Source: the human T2T-CHM13v2.0 reference genome, Homo sapiens
Reading direction: 5' to 3' (one strand)
Assembly: GCF_009914755.1 (NCBI RefSeq)
Contig: NC_060944.1
DNA length: 64,000 nucleotides
The translations under genes and the position numbers were made by a program. This document shows, piece by piece, positions 11,836-23,870 of the stretch (position 1 is the first letter of the stretch; the number at the start of each line of letters is the position of its first letter). The notes under the pieces are model-generated. The model saw nothing but the letters and a program-made list of their open reading frames with translations, ran no database searches and was not told the DNA's origin.

Positions 11836-13531
11836 AACTGTTTCAAAATTAAAATTTTTAAATGCATTTTTAAATTCCATTCTCATTCATTAGATAATAC
11901 CATTGTAGACAGATTTATTGAACAAAGTTTCCATGCCCTTGAACAAAAGCCAGAATCTCATACACAGAAGTGACCACTCCTCACCCTGTCCACCTCCAAC
12001 ATCTTTCATTTAAAAAAACCTTCTTTCCACTGTGAACATAGACCTGTGTGGGACCCACCAGCTGGCTTCAATGCCAGCTTTTCATTGCCAAGTCAGAAAT
12101 TATGCGGGGCGGGTCATCTTCTGAATGATCTCTCTGTTGTCATTAAGCTCAAATGGTGCCTTTGCCAGACCTTGCCAGGCATGATTCCCGGGTTTTATCC
12201 TAATGCCCATTTGCTCAGTCATCCCCCCTATAATTTAGCTCAGCTGGAAGGTTCTGGTGACTGGAGACCAGGCTGGAAGAGTGGAGGTTTGGACAGGGAA
12301 TTGAGCTGCCTGTGGTTTTGGAAGAGCTTCCCTGGGAGATTTAGAGAAGCCCCAGGAGAAAGAGGGTCAGGAGGGGCTGGATTCTGCAGCACTTCCTTGG
12401 GTTTGCCCAGTGCTGCCCTGGACAGTCTCCATCACTCAGGGCCCCCCAACAGGCTGGGGAAGCGGGCTGTGCTCACCTCCTGCAGGCCCCTCCCAGGATA
12501 CTGAGGATGCATGCGGTGAGCAGGGTCTGTAGGCTGCTCAGCCATGGCCGTGAACCCAGGAAGTGTTGCCTTCCCATCCAGGAGCCTCTCCAGCTAAGCC
12601 CCCTCCAGCTGCAGAAGCCGGGACTTGCTGAACTCTGAGAGAGCAGGAGGGGAAACGGATTGATCAGGTAGCTGCCGTGTGCTCGGCTCTGTGCTGCGGC
12701 TGTACCCGATCTCGTTTTCTCCTTACTTACTGTTATGTTCTTATTGATTAGCTGCTGTGACTGAGAAACTCAGAACTCCCAGGGATTCTGCAGGTTTCTT
12801 TCCGGTTCATGTCACAGACCCCTGCGGCTGCCCCTTGCCTATCCTCATTTCAGGGAGGAAGACTCTCTCTGTCTTAAGTCTCCCAGCTGCTGTGGCCGGG
12901 CCGGGCACCGTAAGTCCTGCTCATAGCCCAGAGAAAAGCGGAGCCACCGGGAAGGAAATGCCATCCCCACTGACCCTGTGGGGACAGCTCAGCGTTGGTG
13001 GTCAGCCAATCAGCTTGGCCACAAAGTTAGCCCTTTAGTTATCTCCATTTTACAGAAGAGGAAACAGAAGTTCCAAGAAACGAGTTATCTTGCCCAAGAA
13101 CACATGGTCTCCCAAAACTCATGCAGTAATGACAACGTGGCTAGTACATGGGTGGGGACGTGGACACTGGCTGTTCCTTCCGAGTCTCTATGGGTCCCTC
13201 TGTCCCTCTCCTGCTGGTGCCCCTCCCCCTCCCCGGGTGGTTCTGTCCAGCATTTCAGAAGTCTGCCCAGGCAGAAGCAGGAGGATTCTTCTCTTCGTAG
13301 GGATAAACACGACCCGCCTGGCCTCTGTATGAGTCAGGATCCAAGGACTTAACTTTATGCAGAAGGAAACGAAGCCCTTTCTAAAACACGAGTCCCCCAC
13401 CCAGCCTTCCTGACATCCTCGGTGGAGGCAGCCCGCCCAGGTGAGTGCCGGACCCCTCACAGGAGCAGGATGTCTCCTCCGACGATGGACTCATGTTTAT
13501 ATAAGTCTAAAAAAGACCACATCCCTGGCTT

Positions 13532-13712
13532 GTTTTTTTTTCTTTCTTTTTTTTTAATTTATTATTATACCTTAAGTTTTAGGGTACATGTGCACAATGT
13601 GCAGGTTAGTTACATATGTATACATGTGCCATGCTGGTGTGCTGCACCCACTAACTCGTCATCTAGCATTAGGTATATCTCCCAATGCTATCCCTCCCCC
13701 CTCCCCCCACCC
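13532..13712 (-). mobile_element. 5'-truncated young L1 (L1PA2-like) 3' end with TSD
   Basis: Reverse complement of the L1 3' UTR (gggagatatacctaatgctagatgacGAGttagtgggtgcagc...ccctaaaactt) plus poly-A. TSD catccctggctt at 13520-13531 and 13713-13724, followed by TTT/AAAA (L1 endonuclease site). Confidence 0.93.
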
Positions 13713-14308
13713 CATCCCTGGCTTTTTAAAAAAAATATTATGGGGCAAGTGATTGATTTCATGATTGTTGGATATGAGTGATGGGGAGACTGGTTTCAGT
13801 TTCATGATTGCAGTTGTCATGTTTCCGAACTTCCTAAATAGAGCTTTATTTTTAAAGATCCTACAGTCTTACATCAAGTTAAAAAGGTTGCTGTCAAAAT
13901 CAAATGGCATGTCAATTTTAATGAGCAACTGAAAAATTAACAAATGTAACGTTCTAATCTAATTATGTTCTTTCGGAAAGCTTTTTGAAAATTGATTCAA
14001 GTTTGATATGTCAAGCGTTCTACCGCCAAGGCAGCAGTGACAGTGTGTGGGAGCCCCGCACCGGGACCTTCCCGACGGGGCTCCATTGGCCTCCGTGGTG
14101 TCTCTCTAGCTTTGGGATTACTTGCTAACGCTGTAAAACTTTTCATGAACTACGCGCACATACAGAGAAAGTGAACAGATTGTCAGCCTACCCCTCTGCA
14201 CTTTGACAAGAGAATCACAATCAGTAACCAGCGCCCAGGCGCCCCTGGCACCCTCCCTAACCTACTATCTCCCAATAAAGGTAAACACCAGTTTTTAAAC
14301 ATAAGAGC

Positions 14309-14602
14309 TTTTTTTTTTTTTGAGGCAGAGTCTCACTCTGTTGCCCAGGCTGGAGTGCAGTGGCAAATCTTGGCTCACTGCCATCTCCACTTCCCGGGTT
14401 CAAGCAATTTTCCTGCCTCAGCCTCCTGAGTAGCTGGGATTACAGGTGTGCGCCACCACGCCCAGCTGATTTTTGTATTTTTAGTAGAGACAGGGTTTCA
14501 CCCTGATGGCTAGGCTGTCCTCAAACTCCTGACCTCAATTGATCTACCTGCCTCAGTCTCCCAGAGTGCTGGGATTACAGACATGAGCCACCGCGTCCGG
14601 CC
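14309..14602 (-). mobile_element. Alu (AluS-like)
   Basis: Full reverse Alu dimer with poly-T. Confidence 0.96.
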
Positions 14603-15046
14603 ACTATATTTTTTTAAGCATAGCATCTGTGCTTTTTAAGCAGGGATCCATGCAGTGAGGGAGGAGAACCTCTATCATCTGAAAGTCTGTTCTGTTCAAT
14701 GCCCCATGTGGTTTGCAAAGCATGCGTGCTGTTTTATATGTTTCTTTTAAAAGATGGGGAGAGGGTCCTGTCCTGGTGTCCCCAGTGAGTGAGGGCCTTG
14801 TGGAGACGTCTCGTGGTTCTGGTTTCCTCCCCTTCCAGAGGCATCTCGGGTGGTGTCCTACTGCATGTGTGCCACGCCAACATGACAAGACGGTCTGTCA
14901 GGGCAGCAGCACTGGGCAGGAGAGCTCTGTTCCCAGAACCCGGGGCACCGGCGCTCACCCTTTCCGCATCTTGCTCTGGCTTTGGTTTTGAGAGTGGTGA
15001 TGTCCCATTAGTGCCCCTGACACTTTGGACAATCTACGCAGCATTA

Positions 15047-15437
<391 letters not shown>

Positions 15438-15531
15438 ATGAGAGGAGGGGAAGGGAGGGGAGGGGGGTGGAGGGGGAGAGGAGGGGAAGGGAGGGGAGGG
15501 GGGTGGAGGGGGAGAGGGAGGGGGAGGGGGA
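15438..15531 (+). repeat. G/A-rich polypurine tract with a 36-bp internal duplication
   Basis: gagaggaggggaagggaggggaggggggtggagggg twice; many G-runs. Confidence 0.9.
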
Positions 15532-15540
15532 GAAAATACA

Positions 15541-15692
15541 GGCTGGGCACAGTGGCTCACACCTGTAATCCCAGCACTTTGGGAAGTCAAGACGGGAGGA
15601 TCACTTAAGCCCAGGTATCTGAGACCAGCCTGGCAACGTAGAAAGACCCCATCTCCACAAAAAAGAAAAGGAAAGAAGAGAAGAGAAAGAAG
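15541..15692 (+). mobile_element. Alu left monomer (FLAM/AluJ-like) with A-rich tail
   Basis: Single monomer ggctgggcacagtggctcac...gaccccatctccacaaaaaagaaaag. Confidence 0.9.
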
Positions 15693-16858
15693 TTAGATGG
15701 AAGGAAATGCAAAGTCCCCAGAGAGGGGGAGAAGAGGAGACCAAAGCTGCGGGAATGGAGATGAACAACGATGATTTAGATAGGCTGGAAATTGCCCTAA
15801 GATGAAGCTGGAAGCATGGCGGGGTTGCATCCTGGGCAGTGCGGGGCCTGGCTGCTCTCCCGTGTCTGGCCGTCCTTGGAAGGGGAACTCGTGATGATCT
15901 TGATTTTTTTTTTTTTTTGTAACCAGTGCACCGCCCTTGTCCCTTATTATTACAGATTTCTTACGGTCCATAGATGACATTCACTGATGTGGGGAATTAG
16001 ACATTTTAGAAAGGTTCCCAACAGAGGCCAAAGCAGGAAGGGTTTTCTGGTGAAATGTTCGGTTTTCAGTCAGCCTGGAGTATTTCGTTCCTAATAAAGA
16101 TCTAATCACAGAGATTTTGGGTTTCAAATCCATAGGAAGGAATGACCATTTTCATGGTGAGACATTGATATTTCATTCCTGAGACCCAAAGCCACCTTTG
16201 TAACCTTTCAAGATCCTTTTTGATTGTGTAAACTTCAGAAGTCTGGAGATCTTAGATATCAGGAAGATAAATTTACATAGGTAAGCACCATAATTCTTGT
16301 TCCTCATATATTTTATATTGCATCATTTACATAGGCTTTAAATATCCAGTGAATTGTAATAAATGGGGAACTCATAATAAAACTGGTAATAAAATGGATT
16401 ATTCAGGTGATGCTGTTTTATTACAGTCTCATTATGATTATATAATCCTTATTAAAATCTGGACCAAAGATGAATTTCTCACTGGAGGCGCTTCACAAGT
16501 ACTTTAATAAATTCTATTTGTTGCACAATCCTGGGGTGAATGTTGGTTTTTATAATTTCATACAAATGTGTTGCAACATGCCATGGAATCTGACTATAGG
16601 AATCTGTGCAGTGAGGAAAGAGAATCTCTGTCATCTGCAGGTCTGTTCAATGCCTCGTGTGGTTTGGGAATTATGTCTGCTGTTTCATACGTTTCTGTTG
16701 AAACATGGGGAGAGGCCCTGTCCTGTGTTCATGGTGAGCGAGGGCCTTGAGGGAACGTCACATGCCTCTGTTTTCTTCCCTTCCTAGAGGTATCTTGGGT
16801 GGTGTCTTCAGAACTTCTCGTTCTTGCTCAAGGTTCTTTTATTGGAAGAGCTGTCTGA

Positions 16859-17382
<524 letters not shown>

Positions 17383-17889
17383 AGCATTATGTTTGATCTT
17401 AGCTGTTATGGCTGTTGCCCCAGTGGCCCTTCCTTAGAATCCTACCCTGACACAGTCTGGGGCCTTTTGGTCTTGACTGAAGCTGTACATGGCAGAGCAG
17501 AGTCACGCTGAGTGACTCTGCCATCACTGTGGTGGAGGGATGCCGTGGCAAGGGGACCCTGCACGGCATGTACTGGGAAGTAGCCTCTTCCCCTGGCTCC
17601 CCCAGAAAGCTCTATCAGGCTGGATGAAAGCCAGAGCAAGCCAGGGAGGCAGTCGAAGGAGAGTCGCAGAGGCCCTCGGAAAATAGAGAGGCAATCAGAA
17701 TGCTTTGGCTAGAAAGGGGCTGTGTCAGAAGTGTTTGATGCCATGAAGTAGATGGATCTGTTACCCTAAACCGTGGATGCTGGATCCAGGAGTGAGGGCT
17801 GGGGAGCAGGTGAGCGCACAACAGAACGAGTGAGGGCAGTCCTGCCCTCAGCCAGATCCAGCATTAGAGACAAGTATCTCCAGCCTCTT

Positions 17890-17975
17890 GCAGCCTTCTT
17901 CACTGTTTTATCCATAGCTGCAGCCACAGCGCTGTCCAGGGAGGAGGTGCTGAATACGTGTTGGAAAGAATCAGC
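17890..17975 (+). mobile_element. L2 3' end remnant
   Basis: ttcactgttttatcc...cagcgctgtcc...aggtgctgaatacgtgttggaaagaat resembles the L2 terminus (ttcactgctgtatcc...cagtgcctggcacatagtaggtgctcaataaatatttgttgaatgaat). Confidence 0.6.
17928..17954 (-). promoter_or_regulatory. Candidate non-canonical REST/NRSF RE1 site (8-bp spacer)
   Basis: Minus strand reads TTCAGCACC-tcctccct-GGACAGCGCT. Consensus is TTCAGCACC-nn-GGACAGCGCC. Confidence 0.55.
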
Positions 17976-18242
17976 TGCTCCGAGGCCCTGGCTGTCAGGA
18001 CAACTAATATCTATGCCAATAGTTCATCTCTAGGCCCCCAGATGGGTGGGCCAAGGGAAAAGCAAGGCTCAACAGCCTTCAGGTTTTGGAAATTCGGTAC
18101 ACAGAGCTGCTGAGGGCTGCTGAGGGAAATTCGGTACACAGGCACCAGAGGGAGACCTTGGACCTGACCTGCTATATTTGAGCTCTCCAGCTGGGTGGCC
18201 TCCTCTTGCCTCACTTTTCTTATCTGTAAAATGGGTATAGCA

Positions 18243-18566
<324 letters not shown>

Positions 18567-19844
18567 TTACTTCCATTTGTTATAAGGTGGAATGAATTAA
18601 TATGAAAGAGCCGAAATGTGTGGCACATGAGGATGTGTGTTGTAAAAAGCTTTGCTAAGTTAATTTAAATAAATATTTTCTGGATGGCATTCACGGACCA
18701 TCCCTGGGGGTGGGCTGGAGGGCAGCGCCAAGTGCATGCGTGGACATGGATGCAGCACGGTGGAGCCCCAGCTGGCAGGGGCCACGGATTGGCTTTGAGA
18801 TGAGGCCGGGATGAGTCATCAGCCTGACGCACAGGCCTGGAGCGAGTGCTCTCAGAATGCAGACTGGAAATTGGATGTGGAAACTCACTTCGACCAACAC
18901 CGGTTGGGGAAGCACAATTTTAAAAGCAGGATTTAGATAAAATGCTTATTAGTAAAGTGAGGATTATCCAGGATTTTAAAGTTTGTTCTTATCTTCTGCG
19001 CTGCTCAAGTGAGGAAACGAGGTGGCTTCAGCCTGTGGTGGAGGATCCTCAGCTGTGGAAAGCGTCGGCCAGTCTCATAGAAGTGGCGCCTGTTGCCGGC
19101 CCTCAGGCTCTGCCACTGAGGAGGAGAGGCGGATAAAACACAGGTGTGAGCAAGACCCTAAGAAGCTGCTGCCCTCCGTGTCCTGACTGTGTGAGGACAC
19201 ACTGATGACACCATCCCCAATCGCCTGCAGGGCATGGACCCCACAAAAGGGGCCACCCAGGAGGCACCCAAGCCCTGAGCACCGTGAGTTTGCTGGGTTT
19301 TTCTCTCTGTCCCCTGCCTCCAGGCGGGACTGCACCTAAACTAAGTCATGTCCTGGTTTCTTTGTTCTTCTATGGTCTTCACACATGAAGGAGGTCCCAT
19401 GTGTGGGACCCTGGCACCAGTTCAACACGAGGCGGCAAATGTAAAAATGGAGCCCCGTATGAAAATGAACCTCTTCGGTTTCAGAACTCAGAGACCCTGA
19501 AATCTGACCCCACTCCTTATGTCACCTGTGACTCATCTTTAAAAAGACCCGCATCTCACCACCGTTCAGTAACAACAAGTGCACACAACAGAAAACGATG
19601 AGTAAGTGGACAAGGGATATCAGTGCAAAACACACAAGCAATGCAAGCAGCGAGTCTGTGAAAATGCTCTCCTGCCCCAGAAATCAGTTAAAAGCAAACC
19701 AAAGCACCACGTTTCTAATCTGATCAGCCAATGTTTTAAGGTTTGATGTGAGGTGGAGCAGGCTCTGGGGAGACGGGTTCTCTGGCCGGGTTCTAGGGGA
19801 GATTGGGGAAGGTGTTTTGGCGGGATCAGTAGGTATGAAAGGCA

Positions 19845-20080
19845 TGTGATGAGTTTTCTGTGTCCCGTAACCAGTTCCCACAAGCGTAGCAGCTGAAGCA
19901 ACACTCCTCTGTCTTCTCAGAGTTTGGCAGGTCAGTGTGGCGTAGCTGGGCTCTCTGCTCAGGTCTCCCTGCGATGCAATCAAGGTACGGGCCGGGGCTG
20001 GGCTGTGGTTCTTATCTCAGGCTCAGTTTCACTCCCAGGCTCACTGGTTCCTTGGCCTGCTTTCCAAATGGCCTCTTCTG
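19845..20080 (-). mobile_element. MaLR LTR remnant (MLT1-like)
   Basis: Degenerate MLT1 motifs (gtaaccagttcccacaa...aagcaacac; agctgggctctctgctcagg...gcaatcaagg). Confidence 0.5.
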
Positions 20081-21775
20081 CAGGGAATGCCAGCTGGTGT
20101 GGGGCAGGGGGAGACAGCTTCAAGGTGAGGACCCTGAGAGGGACCCTGAGAGTGAAAGCCGAGGAGAAGGAAGCTTGGAGCAGGCACAGAGAAGAAGGGG
20201 ACTTGGGTTGGGGGTGACTCAGGCCACTGAACTCAAGGTGGGAGCCAACCTCAAGGAGATGGAGGGATCCACAACAGCCAGTGCCACGGCCCAGACAAGG
20301 AGTGGCAGGGCGATGGGGGGCAGGCCTGGGCACGGCAGGCGGCTGGGCGAGCAGCACGGGGAAGGATCGGACACCCAGGACTGCCCGCCAACTCCGAGCC
20401 TGCAGGGGCCCCTGGTCAAGTGGGTGTGGCTGCAACCCGCTGATGTAAAGCTGCGTCGCCCAAGTCCTGCTGCAGAGGCAGCTAGAGCTGTGCTCGTCTC
20501 TCCATCCCTTGTCCTCCCTAGACAGGAAAGACCCGCGTGGCCTGAGAGGGCAGGGCATGCCTGAGGACCGGGGCTCAGCCTCCCTGGCGGGGCCCTGGCC
20601 GGGGCTGCTGGAGGTAGGAGCACTGTCCCTGCCTTCCTCTGCCCATGAGGGGCCCCTCTGGCTGCCTCACTCTGCAATTAGAGCTACTTCGGGTACAGGG
20701 GCCATTAGCACTGCCGCCTCCTGCTTCATGGTTGCACAGGTGCCCCATGAGACTAGATGGGCCCCCACTCTTCAAGGGGAATAGATGGGGTGAGGGCGTG
20801 GCCATGGGGAGCATGGGCTCTGCAGACCTCGCATATATGGAGCCTAATTACCCACAACCCTGGTGGGAAGGAGGGAGCCAGGCAAATGTGTTTAAAACCT
20901 CAATATGGGACCAAAGATGCTTCTAGAAAAGTAACCCCAACTCCCACAGAAGCATCTGACTCTGCAGCCTCCCCATCCGAACTGTAGTTGGGAGGTGCTT
21001 CTTGCCATTGCTTTTGCTTTCAGACAGGAATCCCCACCTCCTGTTTAGAGAGATAAATGGACTGAATGTTAACAGATTTGTTCCATTAACATATTCGGCA
21101 ATAGGCAGGCATGAGATAGCATAACTCAATTTCTATCTTAAATCATTGTTTTAATCTCACACTTGAATATCATCATTTAATTTGTACATCCAGCTGGAAA
21201 TATTGATTTTTGGAGGCATTTATTCTGTGCATTATGTAAAATTCTATTTGCACTCTGCTATGGAAATATTACTTTGTGGCTTAAAATATGATTGAGAGTG
21301 TTCCATTTTTTCTTGTCATGTCTCATGCAGATGGGACACTGTGGCTTCGCTTTGCATTGGGGAGGGTATCGGGGCAGGAACGACCACACGGGGCAGGAGG
21401 ATGGTTTGCTAGAGGAGGCAAAGAAAAAACACTGTGCAATTTGCTGGTTTCCATGACTATGCAACTCGTAATATGCATTCCATATTTAATACACTTTTTT
21501 AAAGGTGGTAAAATAGCAAATCACAGGCTCACCGCCGTGATCGGAGGCTGAGAGCCTGGAAGAGCTCCCAGCCAGCTGTCTGCAGGCACCTGATGTGGGA
21601 GGGCACGGGACCGGGCCGGAGGCTGAGGCCTTGCGGTGTTGCTGTCCTCTCCTTCTGCAGGGATCAGATTCTAAGTGGTGGTTTTTTCTTTTCTTTCTTT
21701 CTTTTCTTTCTTTCTTTCTTTTTTTTTTTTTTTTTTTTTTTGAGGTGTTTTCCTAAACTTGTGCCAGCTGTGTGG

Positions 21776-22016
21776 TCAACCCGACGGCCTCCCTTGCTGG
21801 GACGCTCCTTTGGAGCAGCCTCTGGTGGGACAGTGGCAGAGATGCCTGTTCATCCTCAACCCGACGGCCTCCCTTGCTGGGACGCTCCTTTGGAGCAGCC
21901 TCTGGTGGGACAGTGGCAGAGATGCCTGCTCATCCTCAACCCGATGGCCTCCCTTGCTGGGACGCTCCTTTGGAGCAGCCTCTGGTGGGACAGTGGCAGA
22001 GATGCCTGCTCATCCT
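21776..22016. repeat. 80-bp tandem repeat, 3 near-identical copies
   Basis: Unit tcaacccgacggcctcccttgctgggacgctcctttggagcagcctctggtgggacagtggcagagatgcctgYtcatcc at 21776, 21856 and 21936. Confidence 0.98.
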
Positions 22017-22759
22017 GGATCCATTCAGAAGCCAGCCCTGCTCACTTAAAGGGACAATCAAATAGATGAATTCCCTCCTCCTGGTTAATACAAACCTTTG
22101 CAGACTCATGTGGAGGTTCTGTCCTTAAAACCAACCATTCCCTCCAAGGGGCATGGATGGGTGGCGCTGGTTGAGCCCTCACCATAGTTGATCTACTGAA
22201 ACCTGTGACTGGGCTGGGCATTGCCATGACTGATTCCTATTTCACAGGCGAGGAAGCTGAGGCTCAGAAGTGCGACCTGATGACCTGTAACTTCAGTGGC
22301 AGATCCAGTAGTCTCGACTGGTTCCCAGCAGCCCTACAGTGGGGCAGGCTGAGTCAGGTGCAGAGGTGCCCTGGCCAAGGGGACAGCCCCGGGGCGGCCC
22401 TCAGGCTCAGCCTCGTGGGCACGGATCCCATCCCCAGGCCCACGGAACAAGGAAGGGCCTGGCTCTTGGAAAACCCAGGTCCATTTGTCGAGGCAGTTGC
22501 TGACAGAGAGGAAATAATGGTTGTAATGTCAAGCTTGGGGAAAAAATCAATTTGTAGTTTTCCCAGAAAGCCTTTTAAGTAGAATGTTTTTAGAAATAAA
22601 TTACATATGGGAAAGTCAGAAGCAGTGACATAATTTGTGGGGCCTGGTGCAGGATGAAAACGCGGGGGCCTTCTTCAAAAAGCATTGGGACTTCCCGAGG
22701 GCAGCAGCAGAGCATTCACCTGGTGCGGGGCCCTTCTGAGAGGGGGCCCGGGCTGCATA

Positions 22760-22909
22760 CCCCTGAGCCTCCATGGGGAGGGTATGGGGGCCCTTCAGTG
22801 CCGGTCCTTTGGGCGTTTGAATCCCCTGTACTCGCCCCTGAGCCGCCATGGGGAGAGTGTGGGGGCCCTTCAGTGCCGGTCCTTTGGGCATTCGAACCCC
22901 CTGTTCCCG
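22760..22909. repeat. 75-bp tandem duplication
   Basis: cccctgagcc...gggggcccttcagtgccggtcctttgggc... at 22760 and 22835. Confidence 0.95.
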
Positions 22910-23774
22910 CTCCTGCCCCTTTGCACTGTGCTCCTCTAGGTTAGACGCCCTTTGGGTTTCAAGGTGGCAAGCAATGTTGTGCCTAGCTGGGAATCTAGCC
23001 ACATCCTGAAAGATTGGGGTGCTTACCTCCCTCAGTATTTCAACCCAGCAGACCCCACACTGCCTGCTTCCACTCTGCACTTCTTATGGCATTAGGAGTG
23101 CCCCCGGAGCCCCACCAGAGCCTGGAAGACCATGGGAATGGCCCAGTGAGTGGCCCAGGCTACCTGCAGGCACAGAACCCGGCCAGGCCAGCCAGGCCCA
23201 AACCAGCCGCAGGGAAGGGCTCTGCTCGGAGAAGCCTCACTGCCTCCCTCGTGTGTTCCACGGGTGCAACAAACACATCTCAGATCCAAAGCCGTGGCTC
23301 CCCTCCTGCCCCCCGAACCCAGAAGTCCCTAAGCACTTGGGAGGCTCTGCCAACAGGGCTGAGGGCACAGACATGGCTTAACTGGGAAGATGGATCCACT
23401 GGGTGGTGGTGGAAAGGAAGAGGCCGCACCCAAACAGAACAACCCATGGAAAGTTCCATCATGAGACAAATGATAATGTTCATGATTACTAAGGAGGGAA
23501 AGAGGAAGGGGAGGGAGTGGGGCAGGGAGGGAGGGGGAGGGAGAAAAGGCTCGTGGGCATTGATAACCCACGAAACTCAAGCCAGGCCCCTCACCCCTTC
23601 CGATGCTCCCCAGGCACCCCCATTGCGAGGCCACACTAATACGGTAGAGGAAAAACAGGACTCTATGATGCATTGTCTCACGAAATAAAAGAATAACTTT
23701 AATTAGCGTGTCTGACCGCAGCATTATTTTATGTGCATACATACGTCTAGGCCTACATACATACATATACACAT

Positions 23775-23870
23775 ACATGTCTAGAGACAGCTTCGGTTGC
23801 CCCGTCTGGGAGCAGTGCCCTGGCATCTGGTGGGTATAGTTTGGGGATGCCGCTACACACCCCACAGTGA
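23775..23870. mobile_element. MER20-like hAT fragment
   Basis: tgtctagagacagcttcggttg...ctggcatctggtgggt...ggatgccgctacacaccccacagtg. Confidence 0.55.

Noticed and set aside
19935-20564. 209-aa ORF (similarly 23014-23688 and 58597-59262)
   Set aside because: GC-rich chance ORFs with overlapping frames on both strands, partly running through LTR or MIR sequence.
21776-22016. CRISPR-like regular repeats (also 49129-49651)
   Set aside because: Head-to-tail tandem units with no unique spacers, in a eukaryotic context.
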